13,229 nt of DNA, taken from positions 1 through 13,229 of the forward strand of contig LRSL01000091.1 of assembly GCA_001563335.1 (NCBI GenBank). Reading direction: 5' to 3'. Of this stretch, positions 1 through 12,700 are shown in pieces (position 1 is the first letter of the stretch; each line of letters starts with the position of its first letter). This stretch comes from Candidatus Thorarchaeota archaeon SMTZ1-45. GTDB lineage: Archaea > Asgardarchaeota > Thorarchaeia > Thorarchaeales > Thorarchaeaceae. Below the pieces are notes generated by a model. It was given only the letters and a program-made list of their open reading frames with translations. It was not told the origin of the DNA and ran no database searches. The translations under genes were made by a program, and so were the position numbers.

Positions 1-3000
1 GTCGTTTGTCCCTATCACAGTGATGCCATATGTATCTCCTACTGCAGAGCTGACCGTGTAGCTACGGAGTCCCACTGTGCTGTACAGATATGTTGTGTCG
101 TTCAGAGTCAGTGTACCATCATATGTCTGTCCATCATAGTTATAGATGGCACTCACGTAGATGGAGGCATTTTGACCTATGCCTATCCTTGGGTCGGTAA
201 CTGTTATTGCGATAGACAGGGAATCCCAAATAGCATAGGTTTGGTCATTGAAGGCTATCGCAGTGATGCCATGAGTGTCCCCTCCCGCTGATTGAACTTC
301 ATATCCTCTTCGTCCAACTGTTGAATATTGGAATATGGTATCATTCAGAATCAGAAATCCATCGTATGCACTACTATCGAAGTTGTATATTGCTGTCACG
401 ATAATTCCACTAGCATTCTCATTGAGGTTTATCCTCTGGTCGGTTGGGTCAGTGATTGATATCGTGAGTGAGTCCCAGATCTGCTGCAATGATTGTGCAT
501 TCTGATTTACAACAGATATACCATACAGATTCCCTGACACTGCAGCTAAATCATAGATGACTGACTGTGCGGTCGTCTTTATATCTCCAAAATTCCAGAT
601 TCCATTTGCTCCACTGTAGACTGCTGCCACTCCATTCACGGTGACTATACCATCTGTCACCGGACTGGAATCATACTCATATCGAAGAGTTACATGATCA
701 CCAGCAGCAGTGTTTATGTTGATTCGACTATCATCTGTGGAGTAGGACATAACGATAACTCTGTCCCAGATTATAGTCTGCGATTGGGCATTCTGGTTGA
801 CATTTGTGATACCAAAAAGATTGCCAGAGCATGTGACCAGATTGTATAGATTCTGAACTACTGTTGACTCGCTTTCTGTGATTCTCCAAACTCCAGAGCC
901 TTGATGAAGTGCACTCATGCCATTAATTGTGATAATTCCATCTGTGACCGGACTGTCATCATACTCATACTTGAGCGTTACATCTATGTTCACGTTATCG
1001 TTGACATTAGCACGAGTGTCACTGGCTGTATATCCACTAACAGTGATCTGGTCCCATATCACCTGTAGAGATTGCGAGTTCTGGTCGACTACTGTTATCC
1101 CAAAGGAGTTGCCTGTACATGCTACTGTGTTGTAAGTATTCGCAGTGACAAGGGACTCAGAATCAGTTATACGCCATACTCCTAATCCAAGGTTACTCGC
1201 AACAAGTCCGTTAATTGTGACTGTCCCATCTTCAACAGGTGAATCGTCGTACTCGTACTCAATTGTGACGTCAACAAATGCATCGTCATTTATGTTGACT
1301 CTTGCATCAACAGCAGAATAGCTCCTGACAACTATCTTGTCCCAAATCACAGTGAGGGACATGGCATTCTGATCAACAACGTCAACTCCGTGCAGTCCAC
1401 CAATGTGCGTGACTAGATTGTAAACTACAGCAGTCACAATTGTTTCAGTGTCTGAAATCCTCCAGATCCCAGCTCCTTGGTGAGTTGCAGCGAATCCATT
1501 GATCGTCACTATACCACTCGTAACTGGTGTGTCATCATAGTCGTAGAACAGGGTCACATCGATAACCACAACGACGCTCACATCCACCCTCGTGTCTGTG
1601 GTTGTGTATGACTGTACCTGTACCCTGTCTGCAATGTACGTGCCTTGGAAGACGCTTTGAAGCAAATTCGTACCGCCAGAGCCCCCTCCCTCATCAACAA
1701 CAGATACCGTGTATGTGTCAATCCCAACCTCATCATCTGCGTAACAAGTCACACTGAACACTCCTGATTCCAGAACCAAGTCGGACCAGGGTCCAATGTT
1801 AGTGCCATATTCAGATGTAGAAACCCAGACATCTGTTTCATTGGACCGAGGATTCAATGATGAGGCAACATATGATACGATTCCTGATAGCGTGAAGCTG
1901 CCATCGAGAGAACCTCTATTGTTTGTACCTGAATCATCATCAACTGTGAGTCCAGTGATCGCAAGCTGATTTTCAACATCCCAGTTCACCTCATAGAAAT
2001 CTTGGTCGAAATCGGTCCCGTCCGTCACATATTGCAGAACATCTACATTTGTCAAACCTGAATGGTCCCAGTCAATCTTGATCTGCCAAGTCACGCTTAT
2101 GGTGTTTGCAACCACTAGTGCGGAAGACCATGAGGCGAGCTCAATGTATTCAGAACCCGACTCGACTGTGAAGGTGCCTCCTGCGACTGTGTACCTGACT
2201 GTCCAGATGATTTGTGTACGTGCGTTGTCATAGAGTGTCAGTTCAATATAGTCTATATCCCAGTCGCCATCGCCATCACTGGCGTTTGTAACAATTGTGT
2301 AAAATCTATAACGTGCATACATATTGTCCGTGTCATCTGCATTCATCAAGACAGGTATCGAGTCGTTTGTCGGGACTATGTTTGGTGCTGCAGACCATGA
2401 AACTCGCTGACTAGTCGTTGAGAAGGCCACTATTCCATACTGGGTTTCAAAGATCACATCAGAGACAATGTAGTCATAGACTGTATCGATATTTCTGTCT
2501 ACGAACAGGGTCTTGTTTGAATCTGTGAATGAGTGCCAAGAAGTTGCATTACGAGTGACCTCTACTTGGTATGTTGTACAGAATGCCCCATCATACTCGA
2601 AGGTAATAGTCAGTGTGAAATTCACCTGGATGTCGTTGTAGGGACTTGACGAGTCCACAGTGACAACGATATGGAGCCTGTCCCAAATACAATAGGTCTC
2701 ATCGTTCAGTGATATAGCAGTAATTCCGTAGACATCATCACCTGCAGCGTTTGCGACTCTGTAGCCTCTCCGACCCACGGTAGAATACTCGAAGAGTGTA
2801 TCATTTAGATTGAGAGTGCCTGAGTACTGAGCTGAGTCATAATCATAGGTTGCTGTGACAATGATGCCTGATGCGTTCTGGTTGATGTTAATCCGTTGGT
2901 CAACTGGGTCAGTAATTGTTATTGTTAGTGAATCCCAGATACAAAACGTGGCATCATTCGTGGTAATCACAGTAATTCCGTAAGAATCATCACCAACTGC

Positions 3001-3729
3001 AGTAGCGACTCTATAGCCCTGCCTTTGAGCGGTAGAATAAACGAATACTGTATTGTTCAGAATAAACGTTCCATCATAGCTAGTTCCATCGTAGTCATAG
3101 TTGGCTGTGACTACAATACCTGACGCGTTCTGATTGATATTGATCCTCTGGTCGGTTGGCCCTGTGATTGATATTGTCAAAGAGTCCCAGATACAATATA
3201 CGATGTCGTTTGTGCTGATTGCAGTGATACCATATAGGTCATCGCCCGAAGCACTGCTCACTGTGTAATATTGTCTTTGAGCAGTAGGATAACTGAGCTG
3301 TGTATTATTCAGGTTTAGTGTTCCATCGTATGTTGAACCATCATAATCGTAGACAGCACTAGCTTGGATTGATGCACTCTGTCCAATATTGATTCGGCTG
3401 TCAGAAATAATAATTGAAACAGTGAGCGAATCCCATATGATCGACGGCACTCCGTTTGTATAGAACGCGCTTATGCCATGATATGTATCGGTTACTGAAC
3501 TCACTGCGAAGGTAAATCTACCCACTGTGGGTGAGCTTCTCTGCTGCTCCCATCGATAGTCCACGGGGTCCCAAGTCATGCTTGTCTCATTCAAGTAGAC
3601 AGTACCCCTGGAACCTGTGAACACAACATCGTCATACTCGTAGATCATCACAACTGCAACTGTCTGTGAAGTGCCAATGTTGCATCGATTGTCGCTTACT
3701 GAATAACTGGTCACGCGCAGTCTGTCCCA
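1..3729 (-). repeat. Higher-order super-repeat copy 2 (~3744 nt, truncated by window edge): E-C'-C-C-F-spacer-B-B-B-D-C-C''
   Basis: Anchors 3727, 3433, 3187, 2935, 2683, 2395, 1630 (IAD), 1342, 1054, 766, 475, 226. Spacings are 294/246/252/252/288/765/288x3/291/249, the same series as copy 1 minus one 288-nt unit. Confidence 0.92.
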
Positions 3730-6700
3730 AATGATGGACTCCACGTCATTTGTTCCTATCACAGTGATGCCATATGTATCTCCTACTGCAGAGCTGATTG
3801 TATAGCTACGGAGTCCAACCGTGTTGTATTGGTATGTTGTATCGTTCAGAGTTAGCGTACCATCATATATCTGCCCATCATAGTCATATACAGCACTGAC
3901 ATAGATGGACGCATTTTGACCTATGCTTATCCTTGGGTCAGTAACTGTTATTGTGATAGAGAGTGAATCCCAGATGGCAAATGTTTCATCATTATTGCTT
4001 ATCGCAGTTATTCCGTAAGTGTCCCCGAGAGCTGTTGCCACTGTGTACCCTCGTTTTCCAACAGTCGAGAATTGATAGGTGGTATGATTCAGTGTCAAGA
4101 CACCATCAAAACTAGTGCCATCGTAGTCGTACACAGCAGTGACAACAATTCCACTTGCATTCTGATTGATATTGATTCTCTGGTCACTCGGTCCCGTGAT
4201 TGATATTGTCAGAGAGTCCCAGATCTGTTGTAATGACTGAGCATTTTGATTCACAATATTGATGTCATAGACATTTCCAGAGGCTGCAACAGTGTCATAT
4301 ACAAGTGCTTGAGCTGATGATTTCACTTCTCCGAAGTTCCAAATACCATTTGCCCCACTGTACATTGCAGGTAGACCATTGATGGTGACTGTACCGTCTG
4401 TCACGAAACTTGAATCATACTCGTAGCGAAGGGTCACATGGTCGCTCCCTGCAGTGTTTATGTTTATTCGACCATCATCAGTGGAGTAAGATATGACGAT
4501 GATTCTGTCCCAGATGATCTGTATTGACTGAGAGTCTTGATTGACATCTGTTATTCCAAGAAGATTGCCAGAGCATGTGACTAAATCGTAGAGATTCTGA
4601 ACTACTGTTGATTCACTGTCTGTGATTCTCCAGACTCCAGAGCCTTGATGGCTAGCGCTCATACCATTAATAGTCACAGAACCATCTGTCACTGGACTGT
4701 CATCGTACTCGTATTCAATTGTGACATCTATGTTCACATTGTCATTGATAGTAGCACGGGTGTCGCTGGCTGTGTATCCACGAACAGTGACCTGGTCCCA
4801 TATTACCTGCTGAAACTGCAAGTTCTGATCAACTATACTGATGTCAAAGCTATTGCCTGTGCATGTGACTGAGTTGTATGTGTTAGCCATAACAGATGAC
4901 TCCGAGTCGGTAATACGCCAGACTCCAGCACTCTGATGTGTTGCAGAGAAACCATTGACTGTGACAGTGCCATCTATGACCGGAGTATTGTCATAGTCAT
5001 AGAAGAGTGTAACATCGATGTTCACCGTGACGCCCAGATTGACTCTGTTATCTACAACATCATATGATTGAACCTGAACCCTGTCCCAAATGACAGACTG
5101 ACTCATGCCATCCTGATTTACGGATGAAATACCGAACGCATTTCCTGAACATGCAACAGTGTTGAAGACAACTAGCTGTACTGAATCCCTTGACTGAATG
5201 ACTCGCCAAACTCCAGAGCTTTGGTGTGTAGCTGAGAAGCCATTGACTGTTACTGTTCCATCTATAACAGGTGTATCATCATATTCATACTCTAATACCA
5301 CATCGATGTTGATACTGTCATAGATATTGACTCTGTCATCAACGACTGAGTATCCCCTTACTACTACTTGATCCCAGACTATATCTTGTGACAAGCCATT
5401 TTGATCAGTGACATCTATCCCATGAGTCCCACTGTCATATGCTACCAGATTGTAGGTCTTCGCTGTCACAATAGACTCTGAGTCAGATATACGCCAGACT
5501 CCAGAGCCTTGATGTGTTGCTGAGAAGCCATTGATTGTGACTGTACCATCTGTTACTGGTGTGTCATCATAGTCATAATAGAGAGTCACATCTATGTTGA
5601 CATTGTCGTTTACATTGACTCTAACGTCGAGTACGGAAAAGGCCTGAACCTGTACTTGATCTGCTATGTAAGTGTCCTGTACCCCACTTTGGAGTAAACT
5701 AGAGCCACCTGAGCCGCTGCCCTCTTCCACAACTATTACTGTGTAAGTATCTTGGCCAACCACATCATCAGCGAAACATGTGACACTGAAGAATCCAGAC
5801 ACTAGAGTTAAGTCTGACCAAGGACCTACATTGGTACCATACTGAGTCGCAGACACCCACACGTCCGTTTCATTAGACAGAGGATTGAGGGATGACCCAG
5901 AATATCTAATGGTGCCTGATATTGCAAAGGCTCCATCTAGTGAGCCTCTTTTGCTTGTGCCAGAACCATCATCAACAGTCAGTCCTATTATCTCGAGTCG
6001 AGTTTCAATATCCCAATTCACTTCATAGAAGTCCTCATCAGAGTCTGAACCATCCGTGACATACTGTTTTACATCAACATTAGTTAGATCCATGTGATCC
6101 CAATCAATCTTGATCTCCCAAACGATACTCATGGTCTGACCAATCACTGAAGCTGAGGACCCTACGCCTAGAGTGATATATGCTGAGCCAACCTGAATAG
6201 TGAACGAATCAGTACTTGCAGTGTATCTCACAACCCAGATTACCTGTGAGCGAGTATCATCATAGAGTGTGAGTTCCACATAGTCTATGTCCCATGCTCC
6301 ATCATTATCACTCACACTTGAGGTTATCAAGTAGTACTTGTAGCGGGCGTACATGTTGTCTGTGTCGTCCGCATTGGTCAGCAGAGGTGCACTATCATTT
6401 GTGGGCACAATATTAGGTGCTGCAGACCATGATACACGTTCCGTGTTGGTCAAGAATGACGTTATTCCGTAGAGGGGTTCTGAGTTCACACTAGATGCAT
6501 TGTAGTCGTATATGGTGTCACTTGCTGTGTCTACAAATAGGCTCACATTAGCAGCTGTGAAGGTGTGCCAATGGCTGTTGTTTCTAGCAATTGCAATCTG
6601 ATATATCGCACAAGTCGCTCCATCGTATCTGAATGTGACCGTCATCGTGAAGTTCGCCTGAACCCCATTATAGGGATTCGAAGAGTCAGCCGCGATCACT

Positions 6701-9700
6701 ATGAGTAACTGGTCCCAAATACAAAATGTTTCGTCATTCAATGATATTGCAGATATGCCATGCACATCATCACCTGCTGCACTGGCGACGGTGTAACCTC
6801 TCTTACCAATGGTTGAGTAAATGAAGGTCGTATCATTCAAGAGAAGTGTTCCTGAGTATGGGGATGAGTCATAATCATATATTGCAGTAACCACAATTCC
6901 TGAGGCGTTCTCATTGATGTTTATTCTCTGGTCAAATGGATCAGTCATTGAAATCATTAATGAATCCCAAATACAATAGGTCTCATCATTGGTCGAGATG
7001 GTCGTGATACCAAAAGCATCGTCACCTACTGCTAGTGTGACTCTGTATCCCTGTTTCTGAGCTGCTGGATACAAGAAGACTGTATTGTTGAGTGTAAGAG
7101 TCCCATCATAAGCTGAACCATCATAGTCATAAGTGGCTGTTACCACAATGCCAGATGCATTGGTATTGATGTTGATTCGCTGGTCAGTTGGGTCAGTAAT
7201 ATGAATTGTCAAGCTATCCCAGATGCAAGACTCTACATCATTAGTGCCAATCGCAGTTATACCATAGATTCCATCACCTGCAGCACTCGATACTGTATAC
7301 CATTGTATCTGAGCAGTTGGATAGCTGAACTGAGTATTATTGAGAGTCAATGACCCATCGTAGTTTGTCCCATCATAGGCATATGTTGCACTTGCCTGAA
7401 CTGAGGCAACTTCATTCACATTGATGTGGTTGTCTGCAATTGTGATGCTGATAATCAAGGCATCCCAAATAATAGCAGGACGTGTTGCTGTCTGGAAGAC
7501 ACTGATTCCATAAAATGTGTCTGTGATCGATGACACTCCGAACACGAAGCGCCCTACCACCGATGAAGTTCTATCTTGTTTCCATTGAAGTAGAACTCCA
7601 TCCCATACCATGGCAGAGCCAGTGAGGTACACAGTCCCTCTTGCACCAGTAAAGAGTGTTGAGTCATACTCGTATACAACTATCGCTGTAACAGTCTGAA
7701 CAGAGTCTACATCACATCGAGAGTCAGTAACTGAATAACCAATCACTCTCAATTGATCCCAAATCTGGTTCTCACTCTGACCATTCTGATTGACTGAGGT
7801 TATCCCATATGTGTTTCCAGATGCTTCAACACTGTTGTAAGTGAAGAGTTGAACAGTCCCTCTTGCCTCAGCAAAGTCCCAGATACCGCTTGAACCTGAA
7901 TAGGTTGCAACTACATCGTTCACAGTTATTGTCCCATCGGTCAAATATGTGCCATCATAGGAATATTGAAGGGTCACATGACCAGAACAAGCTGCACCAA
8001 CATTGATGCGTGTGTCGTCTGAGTAGACTGAAAGCACAATTATCTGGTCCCAAATGACCTGTTGTGCCTGTCCGTTCTGATTAACGAGAGTAATTCCTTG
8101 GCTGTTTCCTGTACAGGTCACAGAATTGTATGTGTTCCCTACAACAGTCGATTCTGAAACAGTAATTCTCCAAATACCAGATGCCTGATAGGTGGCAGAC
8201 TCACCATTCACAGTAACAGTGCCATCCACAACATCAGTGCTGTCAAATTCATACTCAAGTTCAACATCGATGTCAACAACATCATTCAAGTTGACTCTGT
8301 CATCTGCAACAGTATATCCTCTGACAACAATACGGTCCCAGATGACCTGTTGGATCTGCGCATTCTGGTCCACAACTGAAATGCCAAGGGTGTTGCCTGA
8401 AACCACAATCGTGTTGTATATATTTGCCATTACGACTGACTCAGAATCAGTGGCTCTCCAGACTCCTGAACCCTGATATGCGGCTGGAAGTCCGTTTATT
8501 GTCACACTTCCGTCGAACACGAATGAGTCATCAAAGTCATAGTATAGAGTCACGTCGATGTTGACACCATCACCCACGTTTACACGAGAGTCTACAACAA
8601 AGTAGGATTGTACTTGCACTCTGTCCCAAATCTGATCTTGACTTTTCCCATTTTGATCAATCGAACTTATTCCATAAGCATTGGCCGAAACTGAAACACT
8701 GTTGTAGGTGAACAGCTGGACAGTTAGCCTGACTTCTCCGAAGTCCCACACTCCATTTGATCCTGAATAGGTTGCACCGAGACCATTGACAGATACGGTG
8801 CCATCAACCACAAATGTATCGTCATAATCGTAGTGTAGCGTGACATGGCATGAGCTGGATGCACCAACATCTATACGTGAGTCGTCTGATGAATAGGAAA
8901 CGACAACAACTTGGTCCCATATACAATAGACTTCATCGTTCAGAGAAATAGCAGTAATTCCATAAGCATCATTTCCAGCAGCAGTTGCTACTTTGTATCC
9001 CTGCTTGCCCACAACACCATAGGTGTAAATGGTATTGTTAAGTGTGAGTGAACCATCGTAGGGTGTGGAATCGTAGTCGTAGATGGCTGTGACGACCATT
9101 CCTGATGCATTCTCACCGATGTTTATTCGCTGGTCTGTGGGATTAGTGATTGAAATTGTAAGGCTGTCCCAGATACACCATGTTGCGTCGAAGGTTGAGA
9201 TTGCTGTGATCCCGAATGAGTCATTACCATTCACCGAAGTGACATTGTATCCCTGCCTCTGCGCAGTTGCATAGGTGAAAACTGAGTTGTTCAGGTTGTA
9301 AGTTCCATCATACAATGAGGAGTCATAGTCATAGGTAATGATGATAATGATGCCTGTTGCATTTGCATTGATGTTTATCCTCTGATCTAAGGGGTCAGTC
9401 ATCGAGATGGTGACACTGTCCCATATTACAAGAACTGATTGGAGGTTCTGATTGATAGTAGTTATCCCATGGATGTTTCCACTACAAACAACACTATCAT
9501 AGGTCACTCCTTGAGCAAAACTACGTGACTGTGTTATCCTCCAGACTCCTGAACCTTGATGGACAGCTGTGACGCCATTGATTGTTACAGTTCCACTAGT
9601 CACTTCAGAATCATCATATTCAAACTCAAGAGTCACGTCGATGTAGACATTGGTGTTAATGTCTACTCTGTTATCAACAACAGAATAGCCTCTGACAACA

Positions 9701-12700
9701 ATCTCATCCCAAACTACTGTCTGCGATTGTCCATTCTGGTCAATCTGACTTATTCCATAGAGGTTTCCTGAGCATGCTACAGTGTCATAAGTTACTGCTT
9801 GGACTGTAGTCATGTTCTCTATTATTCTCCAGACGCCAGATCCAATATGAAGTGCGCTAATTCCGTTGACTGTGACTATCCCGTCAGTGACTGCAGAGTT
9901 GTCATAGTCATACACAAGTGTTACATCAATAGTAACATTGTCATTGATGTTTGCACGTGAATCATCTACCACATAAGATTGTACCTGCACTCGGTCCCAG
10001 ATTTGGTCCTGCGATTGCCCGTTCTGGTCAATTGCACTTATTCCATACGTGTTGCCTGACACCTCAACACTGTCATAGGTGAATAGCTGCACAGTTCCTC
10101 TTGTTTCACCAAAGTCCCAGACTCCGTTTGACCCTGAATAAACCGCACTGAGACCGTTAACACTGACAGTCCCGTCGATGACAAAAAATCCATCATATGC
10201 GTACTCCAGAGTGACATGAATCGAGCTTGGTGTGCCCACACCAATCCGTGAGTCGTCTGTAGAATATGAAACTACAACCACTTGATCCCAAATACACCAA
10301 GTTTCATCGTTCTGTCGTATAGCTGTGATTCCATGTGCGTCATCGCCTACAGCACTTGCAACAGTGTATCCATGCCTGCCCACATTGCCATAAGCGAATA
10401 TAGTGCTGTTAAGGACAAGTGTGCCATCATAAGGAGTAAAATCATAATCATACATGGCTGTAACGACTATCCCTGAGGCATTATCGTTTAGATTGATTCT
10501 CTGATCTGTTGGAGCTGTAATTGTGATCGTGAGACTGTCCCAAATCACTAGCTGAGACTGTCCATTTTGGTCGACTGAGCTGATTCCGTACGTGTTTCCA
10601 CTGCATGCAACACTATCAAAGGTGATACCTTCACGGACACTGCGTGCTAATGTGACTTGCCAGATTCCCGCATCTAGATGCACCGCTGAAAAACCATTTA
10701 CATTCACTGTGCCATCTGTTATGTCTGTGTCGTCATACTCGTACTCCAATGTCACGTTGATAAATGCATTCGAGTTGATATTCACTCGGTCGTCTAGAAC
10801 TGAGTACCCTCTCACCACTATCTGATCCCAGATGATATCTACATTCTGGCTGTTCAAATCTAGAAGAGTGATACCATAGGTAGCTTCAGTGCTCGAATTG
10901 ACAAAATATGTCCAGAGTCCCACTGAAGCCTGTGAAACGGTAAGGTCAAACCAAGAGTTCCCGGAGTCCCAGGTCATTGCTTGACCTGCGAGTGTGACTG
11001 TATCTCCACTTCCCAGAAAGGTGCTGTCATATGCTAACCATAGAGTCACTCGAATCTCAACATTAGCTCCGACATTGACTCTGGTGTCATCAGCCACTGT
11101 AGTCTGCACGACAATCTGGTCCCAGATGATGTCAATATTCTGACCATTTGTATCAAGAGCAGTAATTCCATAAGTATCTTCAGAACTTGAATTGACGAAA
11201 TATGTCCAGAGTCCCACTGATGCCTGTGAAACAGTAAGGTCAAACCAAGAGTTCCCGGAGTCCCAGGTCATTGCTTGACCTGCGAGTGTGACCGTATCCC
11301 CACTCCCAAGAGGGGTGCTGTCATAAGCCAACCACAGAGTCACTCGAACCTCGACATTAGTTCCAATATTGACTCGTGTATCATCAGCCACGGTTGTCTG
11401 CACCACAATCTGGTCCCAAATGACATCCACACTTTGAGCATTTGTATCTAAGACAGTAATCCCGAAGTTTGTTTCAGTACTTGAATTGACAAAATATGTC
11501 CAGAGTCCCACTGATGCCTGTGAAACAGTAAGGTCAAACCAAGAGTTCACGGAGTCCCAGGTCATCACTTGACCTGCGAGTGTGACTGTATCCCCACTCC
11601 CAAGGGGCGTGCTGTCATATGCTAGCCATAGAGTCACTCGAACCTCAACATTAGCTCCAATATTGACTCGGGTGTCATCAGCTACCGTGGTCTGGACTAC
11701 AATCTGGTCCCAAATGACATCCACACTTTGACCATTCATCTCTAAAACCGAGATTCCATAATTGGTTTCTAAGCTCGAGTTGACAAAATAGCTCCAGAGT
11801 CCCACTGATGCCTGTGAAACGGAAAGGTCAAACCAGAAGTTCACGGCATCCCAAGTCATCGCTTGTCCTGCGAGTGTGACCGTATCCCCACTCCCAAGTA
11901 ACGCATTATCATAAGCAAGCCACAGCGTCACTCGAATTTCGACATTGTTTCCGATATTTACTCGAGTATCATCAGCTACTGTGGTCTGTACAACAATCTG
12001 GTCCCAAATGACATCTATGCCTTGACTATTTGTATCTAAAACAGTGATACCATACGTGGACTGAGAGCTCGAATTGACAAAATATCTCCAGAGCCCCACT
12101 GAGGTTTGAGATACAGTCAGGTCAAACCATGAGTTCCCGGAGTCCCAGGTCATTGCGGTTCCATCAAGAGACACAGAATCTCCAGCGCCCAGGAACGTAT
12201 CGTCATAATCCAACCACAGCGTCACTCGAACCTCAACATTAGCTCCAACATTGACCCGTGTATCGTCAGCCACAGTAGTTTGAACTATAATCTGATCCCA
12301 AATGACATCTATGCTTTGACCATTTGTATCTAAAGCAGAGATTCCATACGTGGACTGAGAGCTCGAATTGACAAAATAGGTCCAGAGTCCCACTGATGCC
12401 TGTGAAACGGTAAGGTCAAACCAAGAGCTACCTGCATCCCAGGTCATTACTTGTCCTGCGAGCGTGACAGTATCGCCACTCCCAAGGGGGGTGCTGTCAT
12501 AAGCCAACCAAAGTGTCACTCGAACTTCGACGTTATCACCCACATTGACTCGAGTGTCGTCAGCCACTATGGTCTGGACTACAATCTGGTCCCAAATGAC
12601 GTCAATAGTCTGACTATTTGTATCGAGAGCTGTAATTCCATAGGTGCTTTCGGAACTTGAATTGACATAATATGTCCAAAGCCCAATTGATGCTTGAGAT

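Noticed and set aside
1-7761. Possible diversity-generating retroelement TR/VR pair
   Set aside because: There is no reverse transcriptase or non-coding template in the window. Differences between copies are not visibly adenine-specific, and both copies are in-frame coding.
10038-11243. Two short minus-strand ORFs (10038-10244, 11046-11243)
   Set aside because: They are out of frame with, and nested in, the giant CDS. The repeat motifs are conserved only in the main frame.
12485-12491. G-runs (here and near 12780) as phase-variation tracts
   Set aside because: They are only 6-7 nt, arise from Thr/Ala-Pro-Leu codons in the repeat, and the frame is intact.
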